A stretch of 64,000 bases of DNA from Mobula hypostoma (Eukaryota). The DNA lies in NCBI RefSeq assembly GCF_963921235.1, contig NC_086108.1, positions 46,564,001-46,628,000 of the forward strand, in the 5' to 3' direction. Made by a program: the position numbers and the translations under genes. Below are positions 52,243 to 64,000 of this stretch, one piece after another. Position 1 is the first letter of the stretch, and the number at the start of each line of letters is the position of its first letter. The notes under the pieces are model-generated. The model was given only the letters and a program-made list of their open reading frames with translations. It did no database searches and was not told the origin of the DNA.

Positions 52243-52716
52243 CTTGTTGGTTCTAACTGCCCAGTTGATCAAAGTGTCTGCTGATCCTTGGCTTGTCTCA
52301 TCGGTCACATCAAAAACCATAAATCTAGAGGAGTAGCAGATCGTCCTCGATCCTGAGGCTCTGCCTAAGAAGAAGACCTAAATGTTATCAAAGTATTGAA
52401 AGAGCAGAAGTATTGTCTTTCAAGGCATTATTAGTATTCAAAGCATTATATTGCAAGAGATCGCCAGGAAGATAAAAGTTCATAATTACTTGAAGTTAGT
52501 GAACTGGTAACCAACTGGATTAAAATGAAACAACCTGTCTCAAGAGAAAAAAAGCAAAAGCCTAGGGAAACAAAACCAAACTGTAAAACATAACTGCAGA
52601 AATGTGCACTTGATTCCTAACTTTTTCAAAGGTATCTAAATCCATGTGAGTATTAGTGGCATTCTCCGTTCTGCTTTGAATATTCCAGAATATTTTGAAT
52701 ATATCACCTTCTAAAG

Positions 52717-52920
52717 GGGGCAGTGATATAAGCTAATAGAGTTCCTCCCTCATAGCAGTTCAGTCCTAACCTCAGAGAGTGCCTATGTGGAGCTTGCATG
52801 CTCTCCATGTAATCATGCAGTTTGGTAGTTGTAATTGGCCACTCTAAACTATCCCAAGTGTTAAATGAGTTGCAGAATATGGGGAGGGTTGAAGAGAATG
52901 TGGATAGACTAAAATATAGG
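52717..52920 (+). mobile_element. Degenerate tRNA-derived V-SINE/HE1-like SINE
   Basis: TGTGGAGCTTGCATGCTCTCC central motif and downstream AATTGGCCACTCTAAACTATCCC resemble the V-SINE core. Confidence 0.55.
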
Positions 52921-52936
52921 CTTAATAGTGTAAAGC

Positions 52937-53443
52937 ATGGAAAACATAGAAAATCTACAGCACAATACAGGCCCTTTGGCCCAAAAAGCTGTGCCGAACA
53001 TGTCCCTACCTTAGAACTACCTAGGCTTTACCCATAGCCCTCTATTTTTCTAAGCTCCATGTATCCATCCAGGAGTCTCTTAAAAGACCCTATCGTTTCC
53101 GCCTCCACCACCACAACTGGCAGCCCATTCCACACACTCACCACTCTCTGCATAAAAAACTTACCGCTGACATCTCCTCTGTACCTACTTCCAAGCACCT
53201 TAAAACTATGCCCTCTCGTGCTAGCCATTTCAGCCCTGGGGAAAAGCCTCTGACTATCCACATGATCAATGCCTCTCATTATCTTATACGCCTCTATCAA
53301 GTCACCTCTCATCCTCTGTCACTCCAAGGAGAAAAGGCCGAGTTCACTCAACCTATTCTCATAAGTCATGCTCCAAAATCTAGGCAATATCCTTGTAAAT
53401 CTCCTCTGCACCCTTTCTATGGTTTTCATATTCTTCTTGTAGT
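52937..53443 (-). mobile_element. CR1 3' fragment
   Basis: MRGDLIEAYKIMRGID...TRGHSFKV...RVVSVWNGLP, with a CATAGAA tail. Confidence 0.92.
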
Positions 53444-53529
53444 CTGACTATTGGTCGCTGTAGACTCGGCGGACTGCATTCTGCATTCTCTGACTCAGAA
53501 TGAACAATTGAAAAAAAAGGTGCATATTT

Positions 53530-54045
53530 TCTTCTGAAAGTTGTACAAAACATTGGTTAGACCTCACTTGGAGTACTGTTTGTAGTCTAGTCTACATACT
53601 CCTTGGAGGGACATGGTGTCAATACAGAGTGCGGAAGTGATTCACTTGTATTTTGCCTGATAAGGAGGGCTGCAGTTCTAAGAATAGACAATCTGGGCTT
53701 ATTCTCACTTGAATGTAGGAGGCCAAGAGGTGATTTAATAGGGGTTTATAAAATAGGGGGCATTGATGGGATAGATAGATGGTTGGAGTCTTTTTTCCCC
53801 AGGGCATTGGAGTTAGAACAAGAAGGCATGGCTTAAGGTGAGAGGAGAGAAATTTAATGGAAGACTGAATGGTAAATTTTACATACTGCTGGCAAATATT
53901 TAGAAGAAGCTGCTAGAGGAGATGGTGGAGGCAGGTGCAAATTTAATGTTCAAATGGGATTAGCATAGATAAGCATCATGGTTGGTACAGTTAGGTGGGC
54001 TGAAAAAGATCTACCTGCATTGTATGTTTTTATGATTCTATGTTA
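53530..54045 (+). mobile_element. Degenerate CR1 3' fragment
   Basis: LYKTLVRPHLEYC and LGLFSLECRRPRGDLIGVYKI, with an ATTCTATG tail. Confidence 0.8.
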
Positions 54046-54219
54046 TGATTGCCTTTTTTGTAATTAAACAAGGCTTTCATTCTTACAGTGTTTTCACGGT
54101 GCATGCTTCAAATACTTGCAGGCAGTCACAATGTAATTTGCAGCACAAGGCTCTGTCCTTTCTCTGCTATTTTATCATTCGTATCTGAGAAGTAAGAACA
54201 CAAAATGAGAGGGAAAAAT

Positions 54220-54430
54220 AAAAGACTGCAGATGCTGTAATCTGGAGGAACAAAGAAAATTCTGGAGGACCTCAGCAAATCAAGCAGCGTCTGATGAGGA
54301 AAATGGACAGTCAATATCTTGGGCTGAGACCTTTCATCTGGACATGGACATTTCGGGTCAAAACCTTTCATCTTGTACCAGGAAAGAGTCTTGACCTGAA
54401 ATATCGGTTGTCCATGTCCTTCCATAGAAA
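54220..54430. mobile_element. Penelope terminal fragments, tandem and inverted
   Basis: CTGCAGATGCTG family end plus three hammerhead-like relics. Confidence 0.65.
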
Positions 54431-56649
54431 GTGGAAGGGGTGTTGTCAGACAGATAGGAATAATGTAATAATTATCTGGAATAATATTTGGGAAAGCTGG
54501 AAATTCCCAGCCGGAAGGGTCCAGTCTGGAGAGAATGGCAACAGCAAGATATCAAGGTGCATTGAAATAATAGCATTTAATGCCAGAAGCACTGTAGAAA
54601 AAGAAACTATGGAAGAAGAAACAATTTACATTTCAGACCCGGAAGTCTTCCTCAGAAGTGGGAAAGCAAGAAAACAACAAGTGAGCAGTGAAACGTATGC
54701 GGCTGACTACTGCTTGTGAACATAGTCTTGTATGTTTGATATCCATCAGCAAAATTAAAATCAATAATTCCAGCCAACGCTGGCAGATGCCCTTATGTGC
54801 CATGTCATCTTGGAGGGGTGGGGGTGGCGTCTGATCTGAACAGCAGCCAAAACCAGTGCAAGGTGACCTGTGCTGTTTAAGGCCAGCCTGAATTTCAGAA
54901 GGAAGATAAAATATGACTGTAGCAAATCATACAGGTCATTGGAAAAATGACTGTCACTTGTAGTAGAATTCTGGCTTAACTTTGTTACTCTGGTATACAT
55001 GGCGGAGAGAAAGGAAGATGTTTTATATTTGCAGAGGGTGAAAGGGCCCACTGGGCTAGGAGGAGACGACTGCAACGATCAAGGTTAGGCATTGAACTGT
55101 AAGGATCTGAATGCTGTTTAACAGGAAGCTCTGACCTCGCTTGACCTCACTTTCAAATGCTATATCCTGCCCTCCACAATATTCACACCATACCCACACA
55201 ATATACCACATTGCCATCACTTGGTCCCCAGTCAAGACTTGTGCCTGATTCCTGACACATGCCATCAGATCTTACACATTTAACATTGCTGCAAACACTC
55301 AAAAGTTAACATTCACTGCTCGTACTTCAACCAGGGCAGGCAGCTCACCCAGCCACATGGCAATAATAATCTCCAGCCTAATGCATCCTTCTCTACTTGC
55401 CCATTATTCCACTGTGCTTTTGATTTACAGGCTGTTCTGCTAACTTGCACCACTCCTGCAAGCTCATATTAACCAGCCACTCCCTTCACCATGACCCTGT
55501 TCATAAGCTTTATTCCCCTCAGATAGCCAAACTGGCCAGGTGCAGGTAAAAAAGTAAATGTAGTGAGATCTTCTCAGCTTAACTTGTGAGTTACAAGAGA
55601 GTGATACTAACAAAGCACAACATGTACAGTATTTGGCCTGGAGAAGGGATCTGTAGCTAGAATAATGGTAGGTGTAGAACAGGCACAAGCTTCTTGAAAC
55701 GTGAGGTTATACAGCAATGCTCAGATGGGGGCATTGATGGGATAACCTGTGGGAAATATTTGATGTAAAAGCACTGTAAAATTGCACCACGTTAGGGAGA
55801 CGTTAACCTTCCCTATCAGGCAGAGAGCTAGTAATGGTTGGTAGTCTTCCCACGATACTTGCCTGCTTCATTCATTGGCTTTAGTTGCAGGAATTTTAGA
55901 CACAGGTAAGAGCTTCTTAACATAATGACAACTGTGCTTCTTAACTTAGTTTAATTCCTGTAGCTTTTGCCAACAGCTTGATTTCTGCTTGACCAGAATC
56001 ATCGCTGTACCCATCCAAATAGCATATAGAACTAAGATCAATCTTTTAGTTCAAATGGAAAGTGTCAATTATTTTAGTTGCATTTAAACTTCTATGTCTT
56101 GAAATTCATATTTAAACTATCCCAATGTTCCCAGTATCTCAGGAGCCCGAGGGATGAGACCTTATTGATGCATGCCACTCCTTCCGCCCAGAGGACTCCA
56201 CCCTCACAGTCTTGCTGTCTAAACAACATGCATTCTGAGAACAAAACAGGAAAATGTTGAAAATGCTCAGCAAGCCAGGCAGTTTCTCTGGAGAGAGAAA
56301 TAGAGTTAGTGCCTGAGATCACTGCCCTTCTGTCAGAATGGGAAAATGTTTGGGATGCATTATTTATGGAGCGGTTCAATGTGGGAAGGACCAGCGCCAT
56401 GAGACAAACCGGATGGCTATGTGATAAAGAAACACAAAATATATCTGGTGGAGATGTAAAAGAGTATAACCTTTCACCAGCTCCCATTGTCCAAAACCTT
56501 GGGACAGTTGTTATGGTCAGAAATTGTTGAGCTTATTTATGAGTGCACAAGATTGTAAAGTGCATGATCAATATGCATTTTACATTTACTTCTTGGTTTC
56601 TTTCAAAGTCTGTATAAGCAAAAGAAATGCAAGTAATAATAGGAAAATC

Positions 56650-57830
56650 ACAAGAAAATCTGCAGATGCTGGAAATTCAAGCAACATGCACACAATTCCG
56701 GAACTCAGCAGACCAGGCAGTATCCATGGAAAAGAGTAAACAGTTGACATATCAGGCTGAGACCCTTCATTGGGAATGGAAATAAAAGATGAGATCAGAG
56801 CAATAAGGTGGGGGGAGTGGAAGAAGAAGCACAAGGTGGTACATAATAGATGAAACCAGGAGTGGGGGAAGGGGTGAAGTAAAGAGCTGGGAAGTTGGTG
56901 AACAAGATAAAGGGCTGGAGAAGGGGGAATCTGCTGGAGAGAGTAGAAAACCATGGAAGAAAGGGAAGAGCGAGGAGCACCAGATGGATGTGAAAGGCAG
57001 ATGAGGTGAGGGAAGGAAATGGGGAATGGGGGAATGATGAAAGGGAGACAATTACTGGAAGTTTGAGAAATTGACGTTCTTGCCATCAGTTTGGAGGCTA
57101 CCCAAATGGAATATAAGGTGTTGCTCCTCCAGCTAGAGAGTGGTTTCATTGCAGCAGCAGAGGAGACCATAGACTGACATGTCAAAATAGGAATGGGAGG
57201 TAGAATTGAAATGGGTGGGCCACTGGGAGATCCTGCTTTTTCTGGCGGACAGAGCACAGGTGCTCGACGAAGCAGTCTCCTAGTCTATGTCAGGTCTCAC
57301 AAATATACAGGACACCTCACTAGGAGCACCGGATACAGTAGATGATCCCAACAGACTCAGAGGTAAAGTGTCACCTCAGTTGGAAGGGCTGTTTGGGGCC
57401 CTGAATGGTAGTGAGGGAAGAGGTATAGGGGCAGATGTAAAACTTGTTCTGCTTGCAAGAGTAAGTACCAGGAGGGAGATCAGTGGGGAAGGATGAAAGG
57501 ACAAGGGAGTCCTACAGGGAGCGATCCCTGTGGAAACTGGGGGGAGGGAGGGAAAGATGTGCTTGGTGGTGGGATCCCGTTGGAGATGGTAGAAGTTGCA
57601 ATAAATTATGTGTGGACATGAAAGCTGGTGGGATGGTAGGTGAGGACGAGGAACCCTATCCCTGATGGGGTGAGGACTGACGTGCACAAAATGGAAGAGA
57701 TGCATGTGAGGGCAGTGTTGACGGTGGAGGAAAGAAAGCCCCTTTCTTTGAAGAAGGAGGATATCTCGTTAGTTCTGCAATGATAAGCCTCACCCTGGGA
57801 GGAGATGCGACGGGGACTGAGAGACTGAGG
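56650..57830 (-). mobile_element. Penelope-like retroelement 3' half (GIY-YIG endonuclease relic plus terminal repeat)
   Basis: Minus strand reads GPKQPFQL..HFTSESVGIIYCIRCS...LYICET.HRL, then LEEQHLIFHLGSLQ. Contains stops. Confidence 0.88.
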
Positions 57831-58724
57831 AAATAATAGGAAGTGCGTCCTTTCATGTCTGCCTCACCATTGAATAAGCTCATGGCAGTCTGATCCTGCC
57901 CTTGTTTTCATTATCCTGTCTAGTTCCAGGAAATCTGAATAAAGTCAAAATAGCTATTTTGATTCTGAATATACTTAATATTTCTGCCTTCACAGCTCTC
58001 TGAGGAAGCTAATATCAATGATTCACACCTCTGTGTAAATTGAAGACGAAGATGTCTGAGAAGCCAGTGAACAGAAACTCTGTCACAATTGTGGATTAAG
58101 GATATTCAGTTAATTAAGACTCAGATTCGATGGAGCAGAATCCATTGCAGAGAATTTGAGCAGATGTTTACAGCCTAAATTGCTTCTTGCTGATAATGAT
58201 ATGAATTACTTGATTGATAAAGCATTCTTTGTTTACTTACATAGTTCATGATGGATTATATGTAAGCACCATCAGATGACACCACATCATATGTCAGCAC
58301 CTCACTATAAGAAACTAAGTACATATGTTTCCCGGCTCCCATACTTTTCTTTCAATTAATTTCTGTAGTACAAAAACATAACAGTGGCAACAAGGAAGTT
58401 TAAAAGTGAACGCAAGATGGATACCTACCTGTTGAAACGGAGCACATTTTTTCCTTTAGAAGGGGAAGGAGATGGCTGAGTTAAAAGTCAAAGGCAGAAA
58501 ATGGACAAAATTTACTGGTTCAAGAACAGAGAGTGTTGGGCAATAATAATAAGAAATTTATATGACTGAATTGAAGAAATTGTCCAAACATTGTTAGTTC
58601 AATGATGGACTTAATGAGGTACTAAGAGATTGCTTGGTTTCTGTAACCTTGCAAAAATCATTCAAATATGGCTCCAACTCACATTGAAATGAGCAGTTGA
58701 AATCACTGTATCAATGGAAACAGT

Positions 58725-59623
58725 TGTCATAAGGAGATGGCTGGGAATGGACCCAAGTGCAAGACACAGACACTGAAGTACTAGGGACAGGACTAGGATA
58801 CAGGGTGAGGGCTAGGACATGGATATGAAAACAGGGAATACGGAACAGGGCTGGACAAGAGAGCTAGGAGCCCGGGCTTGGACTCTGAGCCAGAGACTGG
58901 ACAAGGACCCAGAACCTGGGTCTTGCCTCTGGCTCAGACCCCAAAACTAGGCAAGAACGTGACTTGGCTGGCAGGCAGGACGAGGCTGGAGACCAGAGAC
59001 TTGAGGTGAGGCTTGAGACCAGAGGCTTGAGGCGAGGCTTGAGACTACAGGCTTGAGGCTTGGGGTCTTGAAGCTTGGCTTGGGATCTTGAAGATTGGCT
59101 TGGGATCTTGAAGATCCTCCTGGGCAGGGCGTGGTACTCCTGGGCAGGGTGCGGATCTGCACCCGACAGAGGCAAGGGACAGGAAGGGACAAAACCAACT
59201 GCAAGGTAACAGCAATACGGCCTGGTTTACTCGACAGAGGCAAGGGACAGGAAGGGACAGAACGAACCGTAGGTAACGGCAAGACGGCCTGGCTTACCCG
59301 ACAGAGGCAAGAGACAGGAACGGAGCTAGGTACAGGGTGGCTCCAAGACAAGACTACAGGCGAAGTGAGGCAAGCATTACCAGCAAGACAAGGTAGGGCT
59401 TCAGGCGAGGAAACAGAAGGCGGGGAAGGGATACAAGAACAAGAACAATCCAGCAGCCACAGCCTGGAGGTATTTATGCAGCCAACCCCAATGAGAATCA
59501 GCTGCCTCAATTAGTGCTCAACAGGAACAGGAACAGAAACAGGGTAGACAGGAAAACCTGGAGCAAGGGTCGATGGACTAGACCGTGAACCGGAATGCAG
59601 ACTTCACGGACCAGACCATGACA
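58725..59623 (-). mobile_element. Solo LTR (899 bp) with internal tandem repeats
   Basis: TGTCAT...ATGACA termini, flanks ACAGT/ATGGT, TATA-like ATAAATA on the minus strand ~59475. Confidence 0.85.
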
Positions 59624-59971
59624 ATGGTAGCCAGAGTTGCAGTCAGAAATGAAAGTGAGTGTGAACAAATTTGTAACATCTAAACAGAAACCTGCCAACC
59701 TGAACAAATCATGTTACTGTTGTGTCAGAGGCTCACATACTCCAGACCAATGCAGATTCAAAGGCAAAAATTGAAGAAAATGCAACATAGTAAGACACAT
59801 AAAAAGAGCTTGCCAGGAAGATACAAATAAATGATTTCCACAGGGAAGAGAAAAAGCTAAAAAGTCCAGTTCCAGTTTCAAAAAGAGCACTTATCTGTAT
59901 GCTAATAATGAAAAATCTGTTATTGATGAGAGTGACACAGGACTGGCCTTGGATTTGCATTGTGAAAACTA

Positions 59972-61412
59972 CAAACCCCATTTCCAGAAAAGTTGGGATA
60001 TTTTCCAAAATGCAATAAAAGCAAAAATCTGTGATGTGTTAATTCACGTGAACCTTTACTTAACTGACAAAAGTACAAAGAAAAGATTTTCAATAGTTTT
60101 ACTGACCAACTTAATTGTATTTTGTAAATATACACAAATTTAGAATTTGATGGCTGCAATACACTCAACAAAAGTTGGGACAGACCCCTTTGTGCCAAAA
60201 TTTGTGAGAGAATTGTTAGTCAGTTCAAAAGGAACATTTCTCAACGCAAGATTGCAGAGAATTTAGGTCTTTCAACATCTACAGTACATAATATTGTGAA
60301 AAGATTCGGAGAATTCAGAGACATCTCAGTGCGCAAAGGGCAAGGTCAGAAACCACTGTTGAATGTGCGTGATCTTCGAGCCCTCAGGCGGCACTGCCTA
60401 AGAAACCGTCATGCTACTGTGACAATTATAGCCACCTGGACTCGGGAGTACTTCGGAAAACCATTGTCACTCAACACAGTCCGTCGCTGCATCCAGAAAT
60501 GCAACTTGAAACTGTATTACGCAAGGAGGAAGCCATACATCAACTCTATGCAGAAACGCCGGCGAGTTCTCTGGGCCTGAGCTCATCTCAGATGGACAGA
60601 AAGACTGTGGAACCGTGTGCTGTGGTCAGATGAGTCCACATTTCAGCTAGTTTTCGGAAAAAAACGGGTGTCGAGTTCTCCGTGCCAAAGATGAAAATGA
60701 CCATCCAGATTGTTATCAGCGAAAGGTGCAAAAGCCAGCATCTGTGATGGTATGGGGGTGCATCAGTGCCCACGGCATGGGTGAGTTGCATGTATGTGAA
60801 GGTACCATTGACTCTGAGGCGTATATTAGGATTTTAGAGAGACATATGTTGCTATCAAGGCGACGTCTCTTCCCGGGACGTCCATGCTTATTTCAGCAGG
60901 ACAATGCCAGACCACATTCTGCACAGGCTACAACAGCGTGGCTTTGTAGACACAGAGTACGTGTGCTTGACTGGCCTGCTGCCAGTCCGGATCTATCTCC
61001 TATTGAAAATGTATGGCGCATCATGAAGAGGAGAATCAGACAATGGAGACCACGGACTGTTGAGCAGCTGAAGTCTTATATCAAGCAAGAATGGACAAAA
61101 TTTCCAATTGCAAATCTACTACAATTGGTATCCTCAGTTCCAAAACGAATAAAAAGTGTTAATAAAAGGAAAGGTGATGTAACACAATGGTAAACATGCC
61201 TCTGTCCCAACTTTTGTTGAGTGTGTTGCAGCCATCAAATTCTAAGTTTGTGTATGTTTACAAAATACAAATAAGTTGGTCAGTAAAACTATTGAAAATC
61301 TTTTCTTTGTACTTTTGTCAGTTAAACAAGGTTCACGTGAATTAACATATCACAGATTTTTGTTTTTATTACATTTTGGAAAATATCCCAACTTTTCTGG
61401 AAATGGGGTTTG
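59972..61412 (+). mobile_element. Tc1 (DD34E) transposon, IR/DR type, 1441 bp
   Basis: TA on both sides, ~212-bp TIRs starting CAAACCCCATTTCCAGAAAAGTTGGGA, inner direct repeat AAAAGTTGGGACA. Confidence 0.96.
60186..61193 (+). pseudogene. Tc1 transposase lacking its start, with a stop (60578-80) and a frameshift (~60660)
   Basis: WSDES, VMVWGC, QQDNARPH, then SPDLSPIE with 34 residues between D and E. Confidence 0.93.
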
Positions 61413-61553
61413 TAACAATAGACAAGTAATATGGCTTACACCACAAGTGCATGGTAAATTGGTTAAAGTAGAATTGGACACTGGCTCGGATGTTTCAGTC
61501 ATTCCACAAAATGACTTTAAATGGTATTTCAAAGATATTGAACTGAAACCTGC

Positions 61554-62352
61554 TGTCATGGTCTGGTCCGTGAAGTCTGCATTCTGTTTCACGGCCCGGT
61601 CCATCGTTCCTTATTCCAGGTTTTCCCTTGTTCTGTTGGGTGCTCTAATTGAGGCACATGATTCTCATTTTGGGCTGGCTACATAAATAGCTCCTGGGTT
61701 CAGCTTCATTTGCTGGACTGTTCCCTCTCCTTCCCCTTCCTTCTGAAGACTTGCCTGCTACCTTCGCCTGTAATGCCATCAGGTTCAAGCGCCAGGGCAA
61801 GACTGGGGCCTTGCTGTGTCTAGATAAGGAACTGTCTTTTGTTGTTTGGAACCATCTCTTTGTGCCCTCGCCTCTGCTGAGTAGGTCCGGCTGTTTACTG
61901 CTACCTTGAATGGAGATCTGTCTCTCATTGTTCTGTGTATGAGTCCTGGCCCTACGTCCTGTTCCCTAGGAGGGGTCCTAACTCTGTGTAGAGCCCCGGC
62001 CCCAAGTCCTGCTCCCAAAGAGAGGTCCCAGCTCTGCGTTCCATGTTCCTATTCTCCCTCAACCAAGTCAAGGCTTCGTGTTCTTGTCCTGTCCATGTGC
62101 CTCGCCCAGCCCAGGAGTACATCACCCAGCACAGTGCTGGGGTTCCCTCATCCTGTCCCAGAGTCTCACATCCAGTCCTGTTGCCACTCCTCATCCTGTA
62201 GCCACGTCTTGTCCTCGCCAGGTTCCAGAGTTCTGTGTCACTAGCCCAGGCTCCTAGTTCCTAGATCCTTGTCCTGGTTCTGTTTTCCTAGTCAAGTCCT
62301 AGCCCAGGCCCTGTATCCTAGTCTTGTCCAGGCCCTGTATCCCAGTCTCGTC
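61554..62352 (+). mobile_element. Second LTR of the same family as 58725-59623, opposite orientation, 3' end missing
   Basis: TGTCATGGTCTGGTCCGTGAAGTCTGCATTC is the exact reverse complement of 59593-59623. ACATAAATA at 61681. Confidence 0.85.
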
Positions 62353-63381
62353 TTTCATAAATTACCATCATTCCATGCAATCCTATTCACCTTTAAAAAG
62401 AGAAACTTGCAGAATGGCATTTAACTACCAGGCACATTGAAATGAGTTGGGAGTCAGTTTTGGGCCAGACCATGAAATAACTCACATTATTGCAATCTAG
62501 TAGGTTCCTAAGGTCTAGAAATTGTACTATGCCTAAAAAAACAGAATCTAAAATTGCCCTGCATGGGCAAAGTTTTTGTACAAGGTCCCTAAGCTATGAT
62601 ATTCCACTGAACTGAGGGCACGCTGAATGACCTATGCAGTTGTATAGATCTCACACAAGCTAATGTGCACAAAGGCACTTCCTTCATAAACTCCTGTTGC
62701 TGCTGCTCAGGAGGGAGATGATCAGGAGTGGTCAGGGCGAAGACTGGTTGGAGGGTTGGGGAGATGATCAATGATAGGGAGGCTATCGGGAGAAGACTGA
62801 GGCTATCGGGGACATCACCGGGAACAGAAACATAGGCAATCAGTCTAATGTAAAGATAAAGAAGTTACTGATTCAGAAGAAGATGCTACCTCTAATCTCC
62901 AGTGACCTTGACGGTATTCCAGCATTTGCACCAGTGTTGGGTTAGAATTTCACTAAACTTGCTGTTTCTGCCATTTGATGGCACTGCATATACCCAACAG
63001 TCACTTGCATATTCACACCTAGACAGTAATTCAAATTCCTGCAGTCCTTGTTGAGGTGGTTAACAATTTCACGAGTTAAATTCCTTCAGATCACTTGAAT
63101 AAGGAGATTCTGAAGTCTTCCTCAAACCTGAACAATTTTGAATGCACACTCATTGATGCTAAAATCGGGGTATTTCACATAGGTCACTTGTGAATCAATC
63201 CTGTTGCAAAGTCATAGTTTAGTAAATAGAAAATTTTCTTCTCAACTTCTGACAGCTATAGTTCCATGAATCTAATCAATTAAGAAGACAAATTACTAAT
63301 CTATGGGCAACCCTCCAAAGACTGGGTTTAGTTGCAGAATGTGACAATTCCCTTGGGAGTAGTGTGTATTGTATCACTCAC

Positions 63382-63449
63382 TTTCACAGTATTTGCATAA
63401 CTAACAGCACCCTTGCTATTTAACTGCAAGTGCCAAACTTTCTGGCATC
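63382..63449 (-). other. Candidate 68-nt exon of an upstream gene
   Basis: TTTGCTTGTTTCAG| acceptor and AAA|GTGAGT donor. A further acceptor TTGCAACAG| lies at 63201-2. Confidence 0.3.
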
Positions 63450-64000
63450 CTGAAACAAGCAAATGAAATCACAACTGAAATTCACAGGGCTGGAAGATAT
63501 GGCAAAAAGCACATGGCTGTTTTCTTGCCTGCCTTTGCAGAAGGTGTTCAAGCAGGAGATGGTTGTTTTGACAATTCTGTAGCTTATTTTGATGACTTTA
63601 GTGGTTTGCATATCTGATCTGCACTCTGGATTAATCTAGCAAATCAGCATGGGCGGCACCTCAAGATGTGTTGTTTTCCTCTTCTGTTTGTTAAATTTAA
63701 CTGCAGATTCTGTCCAACAGTTGTTTACCCTACTTTGAACTGACAAATAGTGGCAGTCACCAACACTGCGATTCCTCCTTCAAGTCAAGCCAAATTTATT
63801 TATATAGCACATTTAAAAACAACCCACGTTGACCAAAGTACTGTACAGGCCAGAGCAAATAGCCAAAATCACAAATACAAGAAACACAGACATAACCAAC
63901 AAGGCAAACAGCTTATAGGTACAAAAAAAATGACACAAGGGCCTGGCACAAGCCAAAAATCAGCCACATTAGAAGGATTCAAACACTTAGATTAGATTAT

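Larger units (their letters stand above)
58190..61553 (+). mobile_element. Gypsy LTR retrotransposon relic (5' LTR, PBS, gag, protease) split by nested insertions
   Basis: LTR end ...AACA then PBS-like GTGGCAACAAGG (58384). Zinc knuckle CY.C.RGSHTPDQCRFK near 59712. Protease LVKVELDTGSDVSVIP at 61460-61505. Confidence 0.8.

Noticed and set aside
24000..64000. Numerous 60-220 aa ORFs
   Set aside because: Antisense or off-frame readings of TE relics, or random ORFs without domain motifs or splice support.

Overview
Eukaryotic, TE-rich vertebrate genomic DNA. The mix of CR1, Rex1/Babar, Penelope, V-SINE-like and Tc1 repeats suggests a cartilaginous fish (inference). The only well-supported host gene is a selectin on the minus strand, with three coding exons that splice in frame: exon 1 (33525-33533), signal-peptide exon (26661-26754) and C-type lectin exon (23366-23752). 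Its EGF, sushi and TM exons must lie left of the window. Bases 1-23188 are one ~680-copy 34-bp minisatellite inside the intron after the lectin exon. It has a G-quadruplex motif in each consensus unit on the transcript strand and kb-scale internal duplications. All giant ORFs there are repeat artefacts. The rest is nested mobile DNA: a near-full-length CR1 inside an older CR1, solo LTRs, an ERV 3' remnant, Penelope pieces with hammerhead-ribozyme relics, and a Gypsy relic hit by two inverted LTRs and a DD34E Tc1. I cannot demonstrate a new biological system. The best leads are the intronic G4 array, the His48 selectin lectin site and the hammerhead-bearing foldback elements. Old TE boundaries are approximate.
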